From an uncultured Clostridium sp. (GTDB lineage: Bacteria; Bacillota; Clostridia; TANB77; CAG-508): a stretch of 64,000 nucleotides of DNA. A program made the translations under genes and the position numbers. This document shows, piece after piece, positions 25,359 to 36,892 of the stretch. The stretch spans positions 1,229 through 65,228 of the forward strand of contig CANSKZ010000007.1 of the NCBI GenBank assembly GCA_947647595.1. The letters are read 5' to 3'. Each line of letters begins with the position of its first letter. Positions within the stretch are counted from its first letter, which is position 1. Under the pieces are notes generated by a model, which was not told where the DNA came from, searched no databases, and saw only the letters and a list, made by a program, of their open reading frames with translations.

Positions 25359-25961
25359 TTATTTAGCTCCTAAGTCTGGCTTTTCTCCTTTCGAATTCGT
25401 TGTTTTATCTTTCCATTTTTCAGCCATTTTCTTTTGTTCCTCCTGAGATGGTATTCCTTTACTTTTCAATCTTTTATCAAATTCTTTCTCTTCCGAAATA
25501 CGATTTTGTTTCTGATGAGTATCTAGCATCTCTCGATAATGATTTAGCTTTTCTTCTCGCAATTTTCTTAAATTCTCCTCTGGAATTCCAGGTGCTTTAT
25601 CAATTACATCTCTTTTAAACGCTACTCTCATTTGATGAATTCTTTGCCTAATCCATTGTAATGGCGTTAACTTGCTAATATCTACTAAACTCGTTTCTTC
25701 TGTTTTTGTATCCTCTGTAACTTGTTGCTTAGAATGATTAGCAATCTTTTCCTTCACTGCATTTATTTCCTTCTCACGCTCTAAAATCTCTTGTGCCCAA
25801 TCAGCTAATATACTTTTATCGCGCATTTCAAGATTTTCCCAATATGCATTTTCCGTCTCATTTTGCACTTTGTTCAAAACTCGCAATTGTTCTTTCAATT
25901 CTTCCAATGACAATTCTTCCTTCATCCTTTTCCCTCGTTCTCCAAAACTCTTTCGCATCAC
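25359..25961 (-). CDS. hypothetical coiled-coil protein
   Basis: 200-aa charged ORF; no family recognised. Confidence 0.35.
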   Translation of the reverse strand: MMRKSFGERGKRMKEELSLEELKEQLRVLNKVQNETENAYWENLEMRDKSILADWAQEILEREKEINAVKEKIANHSKQQVTEDTKTEETSLVDISKLTPLQWIRQRIHQMRVAFKRDVIDKAPGIPEENLRKLREEKLNHYREMLDTHQKQNRISEEKEFDKRLKSKGIPSQEEQKKMAEKWKDKTTNSKGEKPDLGAK

Positions 25962-26030
25962 TTTTATCGATACTATTATTATAAACCCTATTCCTTAAAA
26001 TTACAACATCTTTTGCTTAATTCTACACCT

Positions 26031-27933
26031 TTAATACTTTACCACCATTCTTTCAAACTTTCCCTTAATATACTTCTCCAATTTCCCCATAAAAATTTCT
26101 GGTTCTATTTCTTTTTTCGCAACCATATCCAAACCTTTTTCCCAACTTGCCGTCAATTCTGGATTCAGCATATCTGGCATTGCCTTTTCTACCACATCAT
26201 AAATTGCCTCTCCCTTTACCGTTGGCGTAATAATTTGCGTTTTCGGGTTAATCGCTAAATACTGAATTCTTTCCAATTTTTCAATAATTGCCGCCCTTGT
26301 CGCACTCGTACCAATGCCTGCTCCCTTGATTTGTTCTCTCAAAAGCTCATCTTCAATTAATTTTCCCGCATTTTCCATTGCCAAAATCATCGAACCCGAA
26401 TTATAACGGCTTGGTGGTGATGTCTCCGCCTCTTTTGTTTCAAAGGCAAGCACAGCAATTTCCTGATTTTTCCTCAAATTTGCCAAAATCTCCAAATTCG
26501 AAGAATCTTCATTTTTTGTCTTATTCTTCAAAACCTCCAAAAATCCCTGTTTTGTACAAACTTTTCCACTAGCAGTAAATATTTCATTTTCAATCGAAAG
26601 TGTAGCCGATACTTTGTTATATTCCGCAGGCGGATAAAAAATGGCAATAAATCGTTTCACAATCAATTTATATACACTTTTCTTCAAATCCGACAATTTC
26701 TCATAATTTTCCAATCCTTGTCCTGTTGGAATAATCGCATAATGGTCTGTAATTTTGCTATCATTTACATATTTCGTTTTCACCAAATTAGTGCTATATT
26801 TCTCATCAATCATTTTTTTAATATATTGACTAACTTCTTCCTCTTTAAAATTTTTATACAGCCCATTCAAATTTTTTCCAATTTCCTTTGCAACCGCTGT
26901 TGATAATACTCTTGCATCTGTTCTAGGATACGTCACAAGCTTTTTTTCATACAATTCTTGAATGATTTCCAACGTTTCATCAGGCTTAATCTTAAAATTT
27001 TTCGTACACTCATTTTGAATTTCCGCCAAATTAAATAAAAGTGGCGCATTTTCCTTTTGCTTCGATTTTTTAAGCTCTGTTACAGTTGCTTTTTTGCCTT
27101 CCAAACTAGCAATTAATTTCTTCGCCTCTTCTTCTGTTTTAAAACCAGAATCATTATATAACAAACGACTCTCAAAATACGGAGATTTTTCATTCACTTT
27201 CCATTCTGCCTTAAACGATGATTCCTCTTCTCCAAAATTTCCAATTACTTTATAATATTTCGTTTTCACAAAATTTCGAATTTCTCTTTCACGCGAAACC
27301 ACCATTCCCAAAACACAAGTCATCACTCTACCAACCGACACAGAAACACGGTCTTCGCCAATATCTTTTGCAATACGTCTTCCAAAAATAATTGACAACA
27401 ATCTCGAAAAATTAATTCCAATCAAATAATCTTCCTTTGCCCTCAAATACGCTGAATCCGATAAACTGTCATATTCGTGCATATTTTTCGCTTCCCCGAA
27501 TTCCACGCAAAATTTCCTCTTCCGTTTGTGAATCAATCCAAACACGCTTCATTTCTGCTTTTGGATTTGGATTTGCCATTCTAAAAACAAGTCTTTGGAT
27601 ATATTCTCCTTCACGTCCCGAGTCACCTGCATTGTAAATTTCGGTCACATCTTCTCTTTGCAATAAACCTTGTACAATATGAAACTGTTTTTCCACCGCT
27701 GGAATAATCTCATATTTATACTCTTCTGGCAAAAAAGGCAATGTTTCCAAACGCCATTTTTTTAAATTTTCATCATATTTTTCTGGATACGACATCGTCA
27801 CCAAATGACCAACACACCAAGTAATAATCCATTCTGCACCTTCCAAATAGCCATTTTTTCGCGTTGTATTCACTTTCAATGCCTTCGCAAATTCCATCGC
27901 AACAGACGGTTTTTCTGTAATGATTAATTTCAT
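26031..27933 (-). CDS. topB: DNA topoisomerase III, split by frameshift near 27494-27502
   Basis: N-part TOPRIM (MKLIITEKPSVA...WCVGHL...KKWRLETLPFLP); C-part ...AYLRAKEDYLIGINFSRLLS... and C-terminal domains; frames join (ILRGI-GEAKNMHEYD) after removing one C/G in aattCgggga. Confidence 0.75.
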
Positions 27934-27948
27934 TTTTTCTACACATCC

Positions 27949-29457
27949 TTATCCTAATTCTTCGCCAAGTGCTAACTTAACCTCAAAATAAAACTCCACA
28001 CCATCTTTTTTATTTTGCACGCCGAAATCACTTCCATATTGATTCATAATCGCTTTTACCAAAGCCAAACCAATTCCTGTTCCACCACGATTTCGATTTC
28101 TCGATTGATCCACTTTGTAAAATCGTGTCCAAATTCGATTCAAATTTTCTTCTGAAATTGGTTCTCCTGAATTAAATACAGAAACTCTTACAATATTTTT
28201 CTCTCTATTTCGAATCGAAATTTTAATCCTTTTTTGTCCCTTCACCTTTTTGACATTTTTCATCGCGTTTGTAAAATAGTTACGAATCACTTGTTCAATA
28301 TAAAAACTATCCGCCAAAACATAGATTGGCCCTTTTGCTTTAAACTCTACTTTAACCTTTTGTTCTTCAAGCATCACTTTTGAATTACGAATCATCTCGT
28401 GGATTAACTCCACCATATCAAATTTCGCATCATTAAATTCTCTTTCTCCATATTCTAGCTTCATCAGTTCTAACAATTTTTTTACCAAAATATCCATCTT
28501 ATTTGCCTCATCTAAGATGACATCTGCATAAAATTTACGGCTTTCTTCATCTGAATTAATATTTTCAATCAAGCCTTCCGAATAGCCTTGAATTAAAGCA
28601 ATTGGCGTTTTTAATTCGTGGGAAACATCGGAAATAAATTGTTTTCGCATTTCATCAATTTTAGACTTTTCTTCAATGTCACGCTCCAACTCCATATTAT
28701 TTCGTTTCAATTGCTGAATCGTATCTTCTAACTTAATCGACATCGTATTAATACTTTTTCCCAACGCATCAATTTCATCATTATTATCATGAATACGATA
28801 TTTTTTGGTAAAATCTAGGTTTGCCATTTTATTTGCAATATCGTTCAATTCCTCAATTGGCTTGGTAAACTTTTCTGTTATCCAAGTAATCGCAATTCCT
28901 CCCAAAACAACTGCAATCAATGCAATCAAATACAACAATTTATTTGAAATTTCAACACTTTCTTTAATTAACGTAATCGGCATACGAATAAAAAGCGTAT
29001 TACCATTCTCCAAAGTTCCAACAAGCAATATAAAATTGACACCATTTTTCTTATCCTGGATTTTTCGAATTGTTACATTTTGGTCAGAATACATAATATC
29101 ATCTTGCCTAAAAACATTATATTCCACATCATATTTCACTTCTGGAATCTCGCCAAAATCTTCCGAAAAATCTTTATTCGTCGCATAAATTTCATTTTCT
29201 TGCTGTTTAATAATAATATCAAAATGATTCGCCAAAGAAAGCTTTTCCAATTCTATCGAAAAATCAGCAAATTCAGTATCATTCATCTTTTCATTAATAT
29301 AATCAAAAGCCTCCAAAGAAGCATTTTTTTTCGAATAATAGTAAAAACTCTCCAACACCACATTGTTAATAATTACCAAAAATGCAATAATCATGATAAT
29401 CACAATACAAAGCGTCAAAAATAATTTCGTTCGAACCGACTGAAACATTTTTTTCAT
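27949..29457 (-). CDS. sensor histidine kinase (TM-HAMP-HisKA-HATPase)
   Basis: 502 aa; HisKA FISDVSHELKTPIALIQGY; HATPase G-boxes (GGTGIGLALVKAI). Confidence 0.8.
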   Translation of the reverse strand: MKKMFQSVRTKLFLTLCIVIIMIIAFLVIINNVVLESFYYYSKKNASLEAFDYINEKMNDTEFADFSIELEKLSLANHFDIIIKQQENEIYATNKDFSEDFGEIPEVKYDVEYNVFRQDDIMYSDQNVTIRKIQDKKNGVNFILLVGTLENGNTLFIRMPITLIKESVEISNKLLYLIALIAVVLGGIAITWITEKFTKPIEELNDIANKMANLDFTKKYRIHDNNDEIDALGKSINTMSIKLEDTIQQLKRNNMELERDIEEKSKIDEMRKQFISDVSHELKTPIALIQGYSEGLIENINSDEESRKFYADVILDEANKMDILVKKLLELMKLEYGEREFNDAKFDMVELIHEMIRNSKVMLEEQKVKVEFKAKGPIYVLADSFYIEQVIRNYFTNAMKNVKKVKGQKRIKISIRNREKNIVRVSVFNSGEPISEENLNRIWTRFYKVDQSRNRNRGGTGIGLALVKAIMNQYGSDFGVQNKKDGVEFYFEVKLALGEELG

Positions 29458-29466
29458 CTAAAACCT

Positions 29467-30144
29467 CTATTTCATCTCAAATTTATAACCAATTCCACGA
29501 ATGGTTTGAATATATTTTCCTTTTTTACCAAGCTTATGACGAATTTTCTTGATGTGACTATCAATCGTCCTCGAATCACCATAATAATCATAATTCCATA
29601 CCGTATTTAAAATTTTGTCACGTGACAACGCAATATTTTCATTGTCCACTAAATATTTCAAAAGTTCATATTCACGAAAACTAAGTTCAACATTTTTTCC
29701 ATCTACTGTCACGGTTCTAGCATCATTATCAATCTTAATTCCGCCATAACTTTTTAATTCTTTTTTAACTGGATTCGTTCGTTTCAAAATCGCTTCCACA
29801 CGAGCCACCAATATTTTAGGGCTAAATGGTTTTGTAATATATTCATCCACCCCCAATTCAAACCCAAATAATTCATCCTGTTCTTCCGCTCTTGCGGTTA
29901 GCATAATAATCGGTACATTTTTATCCATTTGCCTAATTTGCCTCAAAACCGACCAACCATCCAATTTGGGCATCATAACATCTAAAATAACCAAATTAAT
30001 TTTATTTTGATTTTCACCAAATTTATGTAACGCCTGTTCCCCATCCTCAGCCTCAATAATGTGATAATTTTTTTGTTTCAAAAAATCCTTCACCAATTTT
30101 CTCATTCTTAATTCATCATCTGCTACTAATATACTTGCTTCCAT
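29467..30144 (-). CDS. OmpR-family response regulator
   Basis: 225 aa; receiver domain (ILVADDE...LDVMMPKLDGW) and winged-helix output domain (...YLVDNENIALSRDKILNTVW...). Confidence 0.85.
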   Translation of the reverse strand: MEASILVADDELRMRKLVKDFLKQKNYHIIEAEDGEQALHKFGENQNKINLVILDVMMPKLDGWSVLRQIRQMDKNVPIIMLTARAEEQDELFGFELGVDEYITKPFSPKILVARVEAILKRTNPVKKELKSYGGIKIDNDARTVTVDGKNVELSFREYELLKYLVDNENIALSRDKILNTVWNYDYYGDSRTIDSHIKKIRHKLGKKGKYIQTIRGIGYKFEMK

Positions 30145-30173
30145 TTATTTCCTCCCAAGCTTCCTATCTTCTA

Positions 30174-30896
30174 CTACTTTATTTGATACGCTGATTCCAA
30201 CGCCAATTTTATCATATCTTGTAACGACTTTTCTCTAGCCTCTGCTGAAAGCACTTCCTTTTTACAATTTGAATCAACAACCGTCAGCAAACAAGCTGCT
30301 TTTTTATGAAGCATCTTTGCCGTATAAAATAACGCAAAAGCTTCCATTTCTGAACACGAAATCTGCTTTTCTTTAGGCAAATTTTTCACATAATCTTCTG
30401 GATGTATCATATAGCTATCAAAACACTCTGTGCAAGCAACATTTGTTTCAATACACGGAATATTTTGTTGTTTCGCAACTTCCTTTATCATTCTATTAAT
30501 TGAGGTAGAAGCTTTTACCGTATCACATTTTTCACCACTCATATTTTCTGCAAAATTGCCAGTTGTATAACTTTCATGCACTAATACAATATCCAATAAA
30601 TTCAAATTTTCTACATAAGAACCACACGAACCAATTCGAATAATCGTCTCCACCTCATAAAATTGATACAACTCATACGCATAAATTCCCATACTCGGCA
30701 TTCCCATTCCAGATGCCATAACCGTCACTTCTTTTCCGTGATACGTTCCTGTAAACCCAAACATATTTCTCGTTTGATTAACTAATTTAGCATCCTCTAA
30801 ATAATGCTCTGCAATATATTTTGCTCGTAATGGGTCACCTGGCATTAAAACAATTTTCGCAATCTCTCCTTTTTTAGCTTCATTATGAATTGCCAT
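30174..30896 (-). CDS. deoD: purine nucleoside phosphorylase DeoD-type
   Basis: Start at internal ATG 30896 with AGGAGG RBS; IVLMPGDPLRAKYIAEHYLEDAKLVNQTRNMFGFTGTYHGKEVTVMASGMGMPS matches DeoD. Confidence 0.8.
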   Translation of the reverse strand: MAIHNEAKKGEIAKIVLMPGDPLRAKYIAEHYLEDAKLVNQTRNMFGFTGTYHGKEVTVMASGMGMPSMGIYAYELYQFYEVETIIRIGSCGSYVENLNLLDIVLVHESYTTGNFAENMSGEKCDTVKASTSINRMIKEVAKQQNIPCIETNVACTECFDSYMIHPEDYVKNLPKEKQISCSEMEAFALFYTAKMLHKKAACLLTVVDSNCKKEVLSAEAREKSLQDMIKLALESAYQIK

Positions 30897-31206
30897 ATTC
30901 TCCTCCTTGAAAATAGTATTTTGTGTTTTTATTATCTTATCATAAAGTAAAGAAAGAATCAATCCAGAAAAAAATTTTTTCATTTTTTACCCAATCATAT
31001 GTTACATCAGTAAATAACAGCTATAGTGTCTATTTCACTGTCTTGCTGTATTTTATATTCTTCCAAACTGTCGCTTTTTGTCGTAAAACGGCTTACGATT
31101 TTTCATTTTCTTTCAAAAATCACTTGCATATTTCGAAAAAAAATAATATACTTACAGTCGTAATTCGTTTACAATATTACAAATCAAAAATAAGGAGGGA
31201 TTTATT

Positions 31207-32007
31207 TTGAGCAACAAAATTAAAATATTTATAGCAGACGATAATGCAGAATTTGTTTCAACACTTGTTACATATCTTGATTCTCAAGAAGATATGGAGG
31301 TAATTGCAACCGCAAGAGATGGTTTGGAGGCAGTAGATAAACTTAGTAAAATCGATACAGATATTGCTATTTTAGATATCATTATGCCTCAATTAGATGG
31401 TTTAGGAGTTTTAGAAGCCATGCATGAAAAATTGGAAACTTTACCAATTTGTATCATGTTATCAGCTGTTGGACAAGACAAAGTAACTACAAAAGCAATG
31501 TGTTTGGGAGCTCAATATTATGTGGTAAAACCCTTCGAAATGGAAGTACTAGTGAAAAGAATTAAAGAATTAGTAAAAAACCAACCAATCGAATCATTAT
31601 CACCTGTATTAAAAGATGTAAAAACTACTTATATCGAAGTAGACAAGAACAACTTAAATCTAGAAGCAAAAGTAACTAATATTATTCATGACGTTGGAGT
31701 TCCTGCTCACATCAAAGGATATCAATATTTGCGTGATGGAATTATTATGGCTGTCAATAATGTTGATATCATCAATCAAATTACCAAACAACTTTATCCA
31801 GATTTAGCTCAAAAATACAAAACAACACCATCAAGAGTAGAACGTGCCATCAGGCATGCCATAGAAGTCGCTTGGAATCGTGGTCAAATTGAATATATGG
31901 AAAGCATTTTTGGCTATACAGTCAATTCCAATCGAGGAAAACCTACTAATTCTGAATTTATTGCAATGATTTCTGATAAACTTCGCTTAGAATTAAAAAC
32001 AGCTTAA
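31207..32007 (+). CDS. spo0A: stage 0 sporulation protein A
   Basis: 266 aa; receiver domain plus Spo0A_C ([16 protein letters not shown]...[21 protein letters not shown]...[19 protein letters not shown]). Confidence 0.9.
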   Translation: MSNKIKIFIADDNAEFVSTLVTYLDSQEDMEVIATARDGLEAVDKLSKIDTDIAILDIIMPQLDGLGVLEAMHEKLETLPICIMLSAVGQDKVTTKAMCLGAQYYVVKPFEMEVLVKRIKELVKNQPIESLSPVLKDVKTTYIEVDKNNLNLEAKVTNIIHDVGVPAHIKGYQYLRDGIIMAVNNVDIINQITKQLYPDLAQKYKTTPSRVERAIRHAIEVAWNRGQIEYMESIFGYTVNSNRGKPTNSEFIAMISDKLRLELKTA

Positions 32008-32018
32008 TAAAAATAAAC

Positions 32019-32055
32019 AAAACTTCTTCATAAATCCATATGAAGAAGTTTTATT
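32019..32055. terminator. bidirectional terminator hairpin (AACTTCTTCAT-loop-ATGAAGAAGTT)
   Basis: Perfect 11-bp inverted repeat followed by T-run, right after spo0A stop. Confidence 0.55.
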
Positions 32056-32056
32056 T

Positions 32057-32879
32057 TTATAAATATCTTGGTTCATAATTTCTTTTACGTCCATTTTTAT
32101 AAGTTACACAATGATTTTCTTTACTGTAATTTTCCATATTTCTTAATGCTTTTGCAAAATCACTTTCAACCGTATTCTTTTTAACTTCCGTCGTTTTTTG
32201 AGAATATCGCGTTGGTTTTGGAGCAACTTTTACGCTAGCTATGGTTGGCTTTGGTGCAACATCTTGAACACTTTTATCATTTCGAAACCAATCCAAAATT
32301 CTTCGGAAAAATCCTTTCTTTGTATTTTTCATTGCTGTCTTTTTGGCCATTTCTGCTTCAAACTTTCTCTCATTTTCTGCTATTTTTCTAGCATTTTCTG
32401 CTCTTCTTATCGCAGACATTCTTTGTGTTTTTTCGAAAGAACCAATTGTTGTATAAGCAACTTGAGACTCATAAGCAGACATCGTTCTTTTCCTTACATA
32501 AGCCGTTGATGTTCTCTTACCTGTTCCTTGACATTTAGCAGAAGAAGTTTTTTGCAATTTTTGATATACTGGATTGCAACCGAAGTTCTTGTCTTTGTTT
32601 TACATAAGCTTTTACTCTTTCATCTTGACTATTTTGTAAACTACTTCTCAATTCTTCTTTCAAAACAATGGTTTCACTCTTTCCATGTTGTTTTTCATAT
32701 TCTTTTATCAAATTTTCTAATCTTTTATAAGCTTTTCTTCGTACCCATTCTGAATAAGACTCATTTCTCAAAGCCAACAATTCTTGTTTAAAAAAATCTC
32801 TTAATTCTTCTTTTGTATATTGACATTCCGTTCCCTTTTCTGACTTTATTTTATTTTTTCTACGCTCTGCTCGATTCAT
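32057..32879 (-). CDS. hypothetical basic protein, two ORFs joined by a frameshift near 32578-32585
   Basis: 114-aa and 166-aa ORFs overlap; removing C in cttCggt gives ...QRQEL-GCNPVYQKLQKTSSAKCQGTG... continuous reading. Confidence 0.4.
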
Positions 32880-32947
32880 TTATTTCTCCTTTCCGAAATT
32901 TCCTTTTATTTATTATAACATATTTTACCATAATTTTCAAGCCCAAA

Positions 32948-33670
32948 TTACTTTAAAACAATAATCGCATGCAAATTTTTCTCATCCTCACTTTTGATTG
33001 CCACAATATGCTCATCATTTTGCTCCTGATACAATACTTTTACTGTATCTCCCAATTTTATCTCTTTTTTATACATCATTTGAATATCATTTAAATCAGC
33101 ATTTCGATAGACTTCTATTGGCAAAATCTCATTAGCAATATCCATAAAGTAAATATTATGCAAATGATTGTTCACATCAATCAAACTGCGATTAATCGTG
33201 AAAAAAGTAGATTTTGAAAAAGTATCTGGTTCACTTAATTTTTCCAAATCTGGTTCTTCAAATACTTTTGCATTTTCTATGGTATAGGCATCTTGCACAT
33301 CTTGCGTAATTTTCGTAATTTTCAATTTTTCAACATCCAACAAAACCCATTTTGAAGTAGCAATTCCTATGACATTTCGCATTTCATCTAAAATCTCAAA
33401 ATCTCGATACGCATATAATTTATTAATTCCTCTTGACCAAGTTTTAATCATAATTTTTTCTCCATAAATTGGCCTTTTCAAAATTTTTAATTTCCACCCC
33501 AAAAGCACCCAACTTCTTTTCACCGTCGGAATATCTTTCAAACCAAATCCCACTAAATTAGAATGCACTCCACCTGCATCTTCTAAATACGACAACAAAG
33601 CTGTATTCGTTACTTTATTATTCACAGCAACATCACGTAGTCCAATAAAAACTTCATGTTCAACAAACAT
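32948..33670 (-). CDS. acyl-ACP thioesterase
   Basis: 240 aa; double hot-dog pattern of acyl-ACP thioesterase family; start 4 nt after the stop of the upstream nucleotidyltransferase gene. Confidence 0.65.
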   Translation of the reverse strand: MFVEHEVFIGLRDVAVNNKVTNTALLSYLEDAGGVHSNLVGFGLKDIPTVKRSWVLLGWKLKILKRPIYGEKIMIKTWSRGINKLYAYRDFEILDEMRNVIGIATSKWVLLDVEKLKITKITQDVQDAYTIENAKVFEEPDLEKLSEPDTFSKSTFFTINRSLIDVNNHLHNIYFMDIANEILPIEVYRNADLNDIQMMYKKEIKLGDTVKVLYQEQNDEHIVAIKSEDEKNLHAIIVLK

Positions 33671-33673
33671 TTT

Positions 33674-34816
33674 TTATTCCTTTCTGATAATTCCTAATTT
33701 TTTATAAATATTTTCAATATATTCTACTTCCTCTTGATTCGTATCTTGAATCATTTTTATTGTATTAATTCTCGTTTTTACCGTTGTTTCCTTTGAAAAA
33801 ATATCTTTAAAAATCCTTGCCACCCAAGTAAACGGTAAAAAAATAGGCGCTTTTTTCAAAATCGGATATTTCTCCCTCATAATCTTAAATTCTGGAAAAA
33901 CAAGTCGCAATGCATATTGTGATTTTCCTTCGTTTTTACCAACTTCATAATCAATTCGATTTCTCTCACTTGCTCCTTTTAAAATAAAACGTTCCACTTC
34001 ATCAAAATCTTCTATTTTTTCTGTCCCAAACCATCGATAAGCTATTTTTCGAATATTTCGTTCAAATTCCTCTGCCTTAAATTCTTCTAGCTTTTTATTT
34101 ATTTTGTTAAAATCAAAAAACTCTTTATATTTTTCATAAAACAAATACACATCCAAAACATCTCGAATCTGAATTCCAGCATACTTAAAATGACGAATCA
34201 AATGAATGATACAAAACAGATAACTATCTTCAAGGGTCATTTGAACAATATTTTTATAATCTCTAAAAGAAATGCAAAGTGGCCAAATTTCGTTAAAATA
34301 TTCATGTGAAACATCCGCTCCAGGAATTAACTTTCGGTGCATCTCCACAATCATAAATGGCATTTTTTCAAAAACTAAATGCTTTTCATGGTCATAATAT
34401 TCCTCATATCCCAAACCCTTCATAATTTTAGAAGCCTTTTTAAAATCATCACCATGTATCATAATATCCATATCACACATCTGGCGCATATACGATTGTG
34501 GATATACTGCCTTCATGATAACACCCTTTACCACCAATGTTTTAATCTCAGCCTCTTCAAATTCATTTAACATTTGCTCTAATTCGATTGTTTCATTTGT
34601 ATCTTTCATAATCTGCCTATGATAATCAGACAAAATAAGCTGTTTTATCTCATCCGATTTAGCATATTTTTTAGCCCACTCCACCAAAAAATTACTCACC
34701 TTATGACACACTGCCAATTGATATAATTTTTTCTCATCAATCTCTTGTCCTACAATACATTCTCTATTTTCAATAAAACATCGAATGATTTCTAATAATA
34801 CTTTTGCCTCATTCAT
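33674..34816 (-). CDS. nucleotidyltransferase-family protein (PF14907/NTP_transf_5-like) of the RiPP-like operon
   Basis: 380 aa; overlaps ABC transporter stop by 4 nt; size and conserved acidic pair in DMDIMIHGDD consistent with the uncharacterised nucleotidyltransferase family that co-occurs with PqqD/HprK-like genes. Confidence 0.5.
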   Translation of the reverse strand: MNEAKVLLEIIRCFIENRECIVGQEIDEKKLYQLAVCHKVSNFLVEWAKKYAKSDEIKQLILSDYHRQIMKDTNETIELEQMLNEFEEAEIKTLVVKGVIMKAVYPQSYMRQMCDMDIMIHGDDFKKASKIMKGLGYEEYYDHEKHLVFEKMPFMIVEMHRKLIPGADVSHEYFNEIWPLCISFRDYKNIVQMTLEDSYLFCIIHLIRHFKYAGIQIRDVLDVYLFYEKYKEFFDFNKINKKLEEFKAEEFERNIRKIAYRWFGTEKIEDFDEVERFILKGASERNRIDYEVGKNEGKSQYALRLVFPEFKIMREKYPILKKAPIFLPFTWVARIFKDIFSKETTVKTRINTIKMIQDTNQEEVEYIENIYKKLGIIRKE

Positions 34817-36576
34817 TCGTTTCTTTCCTTTTCTCTTATACTTTGATTTTCCACCACAAATTCTTTATCGCAAATCTCCGAAATACTATTTCTATGTGTC
34901 ACAATCAAACACGTTCGATTCTGTAGATTCTTAATATGGCTCAAAACTTTTTCTTCTGTCTTACGATCCAAACTTGAAGTAATCTCGTCCAAAATTAAAA
35001 TCGGAGCTTGACTTACAATCGCTCTTGCCAATGCCAATCGTTGCAATTGTCCTTCCGACAAGCCACTTCCTCTTTCCCCAATTCTAGTTTCCAAACCATC
35101 TGGCAATTCTTTCATAAATTTCTGACAATCACTTACTATTAACGCCTCTTCCAAATCTTTTTCTGAAACCTTTGGATTTACGAATGTTACATTCTCACGA
35201 ATAGTACCACTCAAAATAAATTTTCCTTGAGGCACATACGCAAACATATTTCTTGTATCCGTTCCAATCAATTGCTGTTTTCCATCCTCCAGCTCAAAAT
35301 AAATCTGTCCACCATCTTTTTCAATAATCCCCAAAATGAGTTTCAAAAGTGTGCTTTTTCCAATTCCAGATTCTCCATAAATAGCAACAATTTCGCCCTT
35401 TTTAACACATAAATTCGCCTCTTTAAAAATCTTCTTGTTCTTATAAGTAAACTCTATATTTTTCACAATTATACTTTTTAAATTCTCATATAAAACATCT
35501 CGCTCAATTTCTTTTTCCACTTTATCTTCTTCCATATTTTCAAGCTCTATGATTCTTTCAGCTGACCCAATCATACCAAATATATTCTGAAAAGTCCTTG
35601 AAAGTCCAATAATCGGAGCCTGAATCTGGCTAATTAACTGAACAATCGATGTCAATCCACCAACCGTAATATTCTTCAAATACAAATGATAAGAGCTCCA
35701 AATTAACGTATACAAATAACTCACCTGAAAAATAATATTAAATCCTGTTCCAGATGCAATCGATAAACTTCTACGTTTCATTTGAATATTATATCTTTTT
35801 TCTTGCAATTCTGTGGATTTTCTTAAAATCACATCTTCTGCTCCAAAAATTTTTATTACAATTAAATTTTCAAACACTTCATGAAAAAACAAACGAACAT
35901 TTCCACTTGCTTCTTGCATTTTCTGATGAACCTTTTTCAAATATGGTTTAAACAAATTTACCACCACAAACAAAATCACTCCACCAATCAACAAAATCCA
36001 CACAAATTCTTTACTGATTCGAAACAATAATACCACCGCACAAATCAATCTAGCTACCATAGATAACATATCTGGAATCAAAGAAACCAAAGTTTCAATC
36101 ACAATATTTACATCAGAAACCACTCTTGTCATCAATTCTCCGCTATGAAACTTTACTATTTTTTCATAATTTCTCTTTAAAATTGTTTGTAATACATCTT
36201 GCTTAAAATTCAGCTCTAATTTTGCACGTGTCACTGCATCCACTGAAGCAATCATTGCTCTCAATCCAACTTCCGTTAATGATATCGTAATTAACTGAAA
36301 AATATATTTTCTTAATTCTGAAATTGACCCCGAAACCGCTGCATCAATTACATGTTTAGAAACAAAAATCAAATATACACTTAACATCGAATAAATAATA
36401 TTAAAGAAATTTAGCAATATAAAATTAAAATTTTGAGATTTTGTTTTTTTAAAAATCCATTTTATTGTTTTTACATCTTTCAATTTTTCTTCTGTTCCTT
36501 TCTTTTTTCGTCGTCCCCTTACCTTTATGCTATTGTAATCTTTTATTTTTATATCATATTCCCTAAAAAAAATCAA
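34813..36576 (-). CDS. ABC transporter permease/ATP-binding protein (exporter type, TMD-NBD fusion)
   Basis: 587 aa; 6-TM domain then Walker A GESGIGKST, signature LSEGQLQRLALARA, Walker B ILILDE; no C39 peptidase domain. Confidence 0.8.
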   Translation of the reverse strand: MIFFREYDIKIKDYNSIKVRGRRKKKGTEEKLKDVKTIKWIFKKTKSQNFNFILLNFFNIIYSMLSVYLIFVSKHVIDAAVSGSISELRKYIFQLITISLTEVGLRAMIASVDAVTRAKLELNFKQDVLQTILKRNYEKIVKFHSGELMTRVVSDVNIVIETLVSLIPDMLSMVARLICAVVLLFRISKEFVWILLIGGVILFVVVNLFKPYLKKVHQKMQEASGNVRLFFHEVFENLIVIKIFGAEDVILRKSTELQEKRYNIQMKRRSLSIASGTGFNIIFQVSYLYTLIWSSYHLYLKNITVGGLTSIVQLISQIQAPIIGLSRTFQNIFGMIGSAERIIELENMEEDKVEKEIERDVLYENLKSIIVKNIEFTYKNKKIFKEANLCVKKGEIVAIYGESGIGKSTLLKLILGIIEKDGGQIYFELEDGKQQLIGTDTRNMFAYVPQGKFILSGTIRENVTFVNPKVSEKDLEEALIVSDCQKFMKELPDGLETRIGERGSGLSEGQLQRLALARAIVSQAPILILDEITSSLDRKTEEKVLSHIKNLQNRTCLIVTHRNSISEICDKEFVVENQSIREKERNE

Positions 36577-36616
36577 CTAAAAAATAAGGCACGTTTTCAC
36601 ACGTGCCTTACACTCT

Positions 36617-36892
36617 CTATATTTCAAGAACATTAGCATCTTTTAATTTTTGAACAAACTTCTCTGTACTTTGCATTGCTCTTTCTCTATCAAATTCCGC
36701 TCCATATTCCTTCATCAATCGATTTGCGATTTCTTCTATTGTCAAATCCTCTTTTTCCAACAATTCCCAAATAAATTTTCCCGTAATATTCAAATGAATC
36801 ATGCCCTTCATTTCATTAATTAATTCACCTGTTGGTACCACGACAATCGTATCTGCAATCTCTCTTAAAACAAATCCCTTTCTAATTTTCAT
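36617..36892 (-). CDS. PqqD-family protein (RiPP recognition element)
   Basis: 91 aa; VLREIADTIVVVPTGE...LNITGKFIWELLEKEDLTIEEIANRLMKEYGAEFDRERAMQSTEKFVQKL is the canonical PqqD/RRE pattern. Confidence 0.7.
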   Translation of the reverse strand: MKIRKGFVLREIADTIVVVPTGELINEMKGMIHLNITGKFIWELLEKEDLTIEEIANRLMKEYGAEFDRERAMQSTEKFVQKLKDANVLEI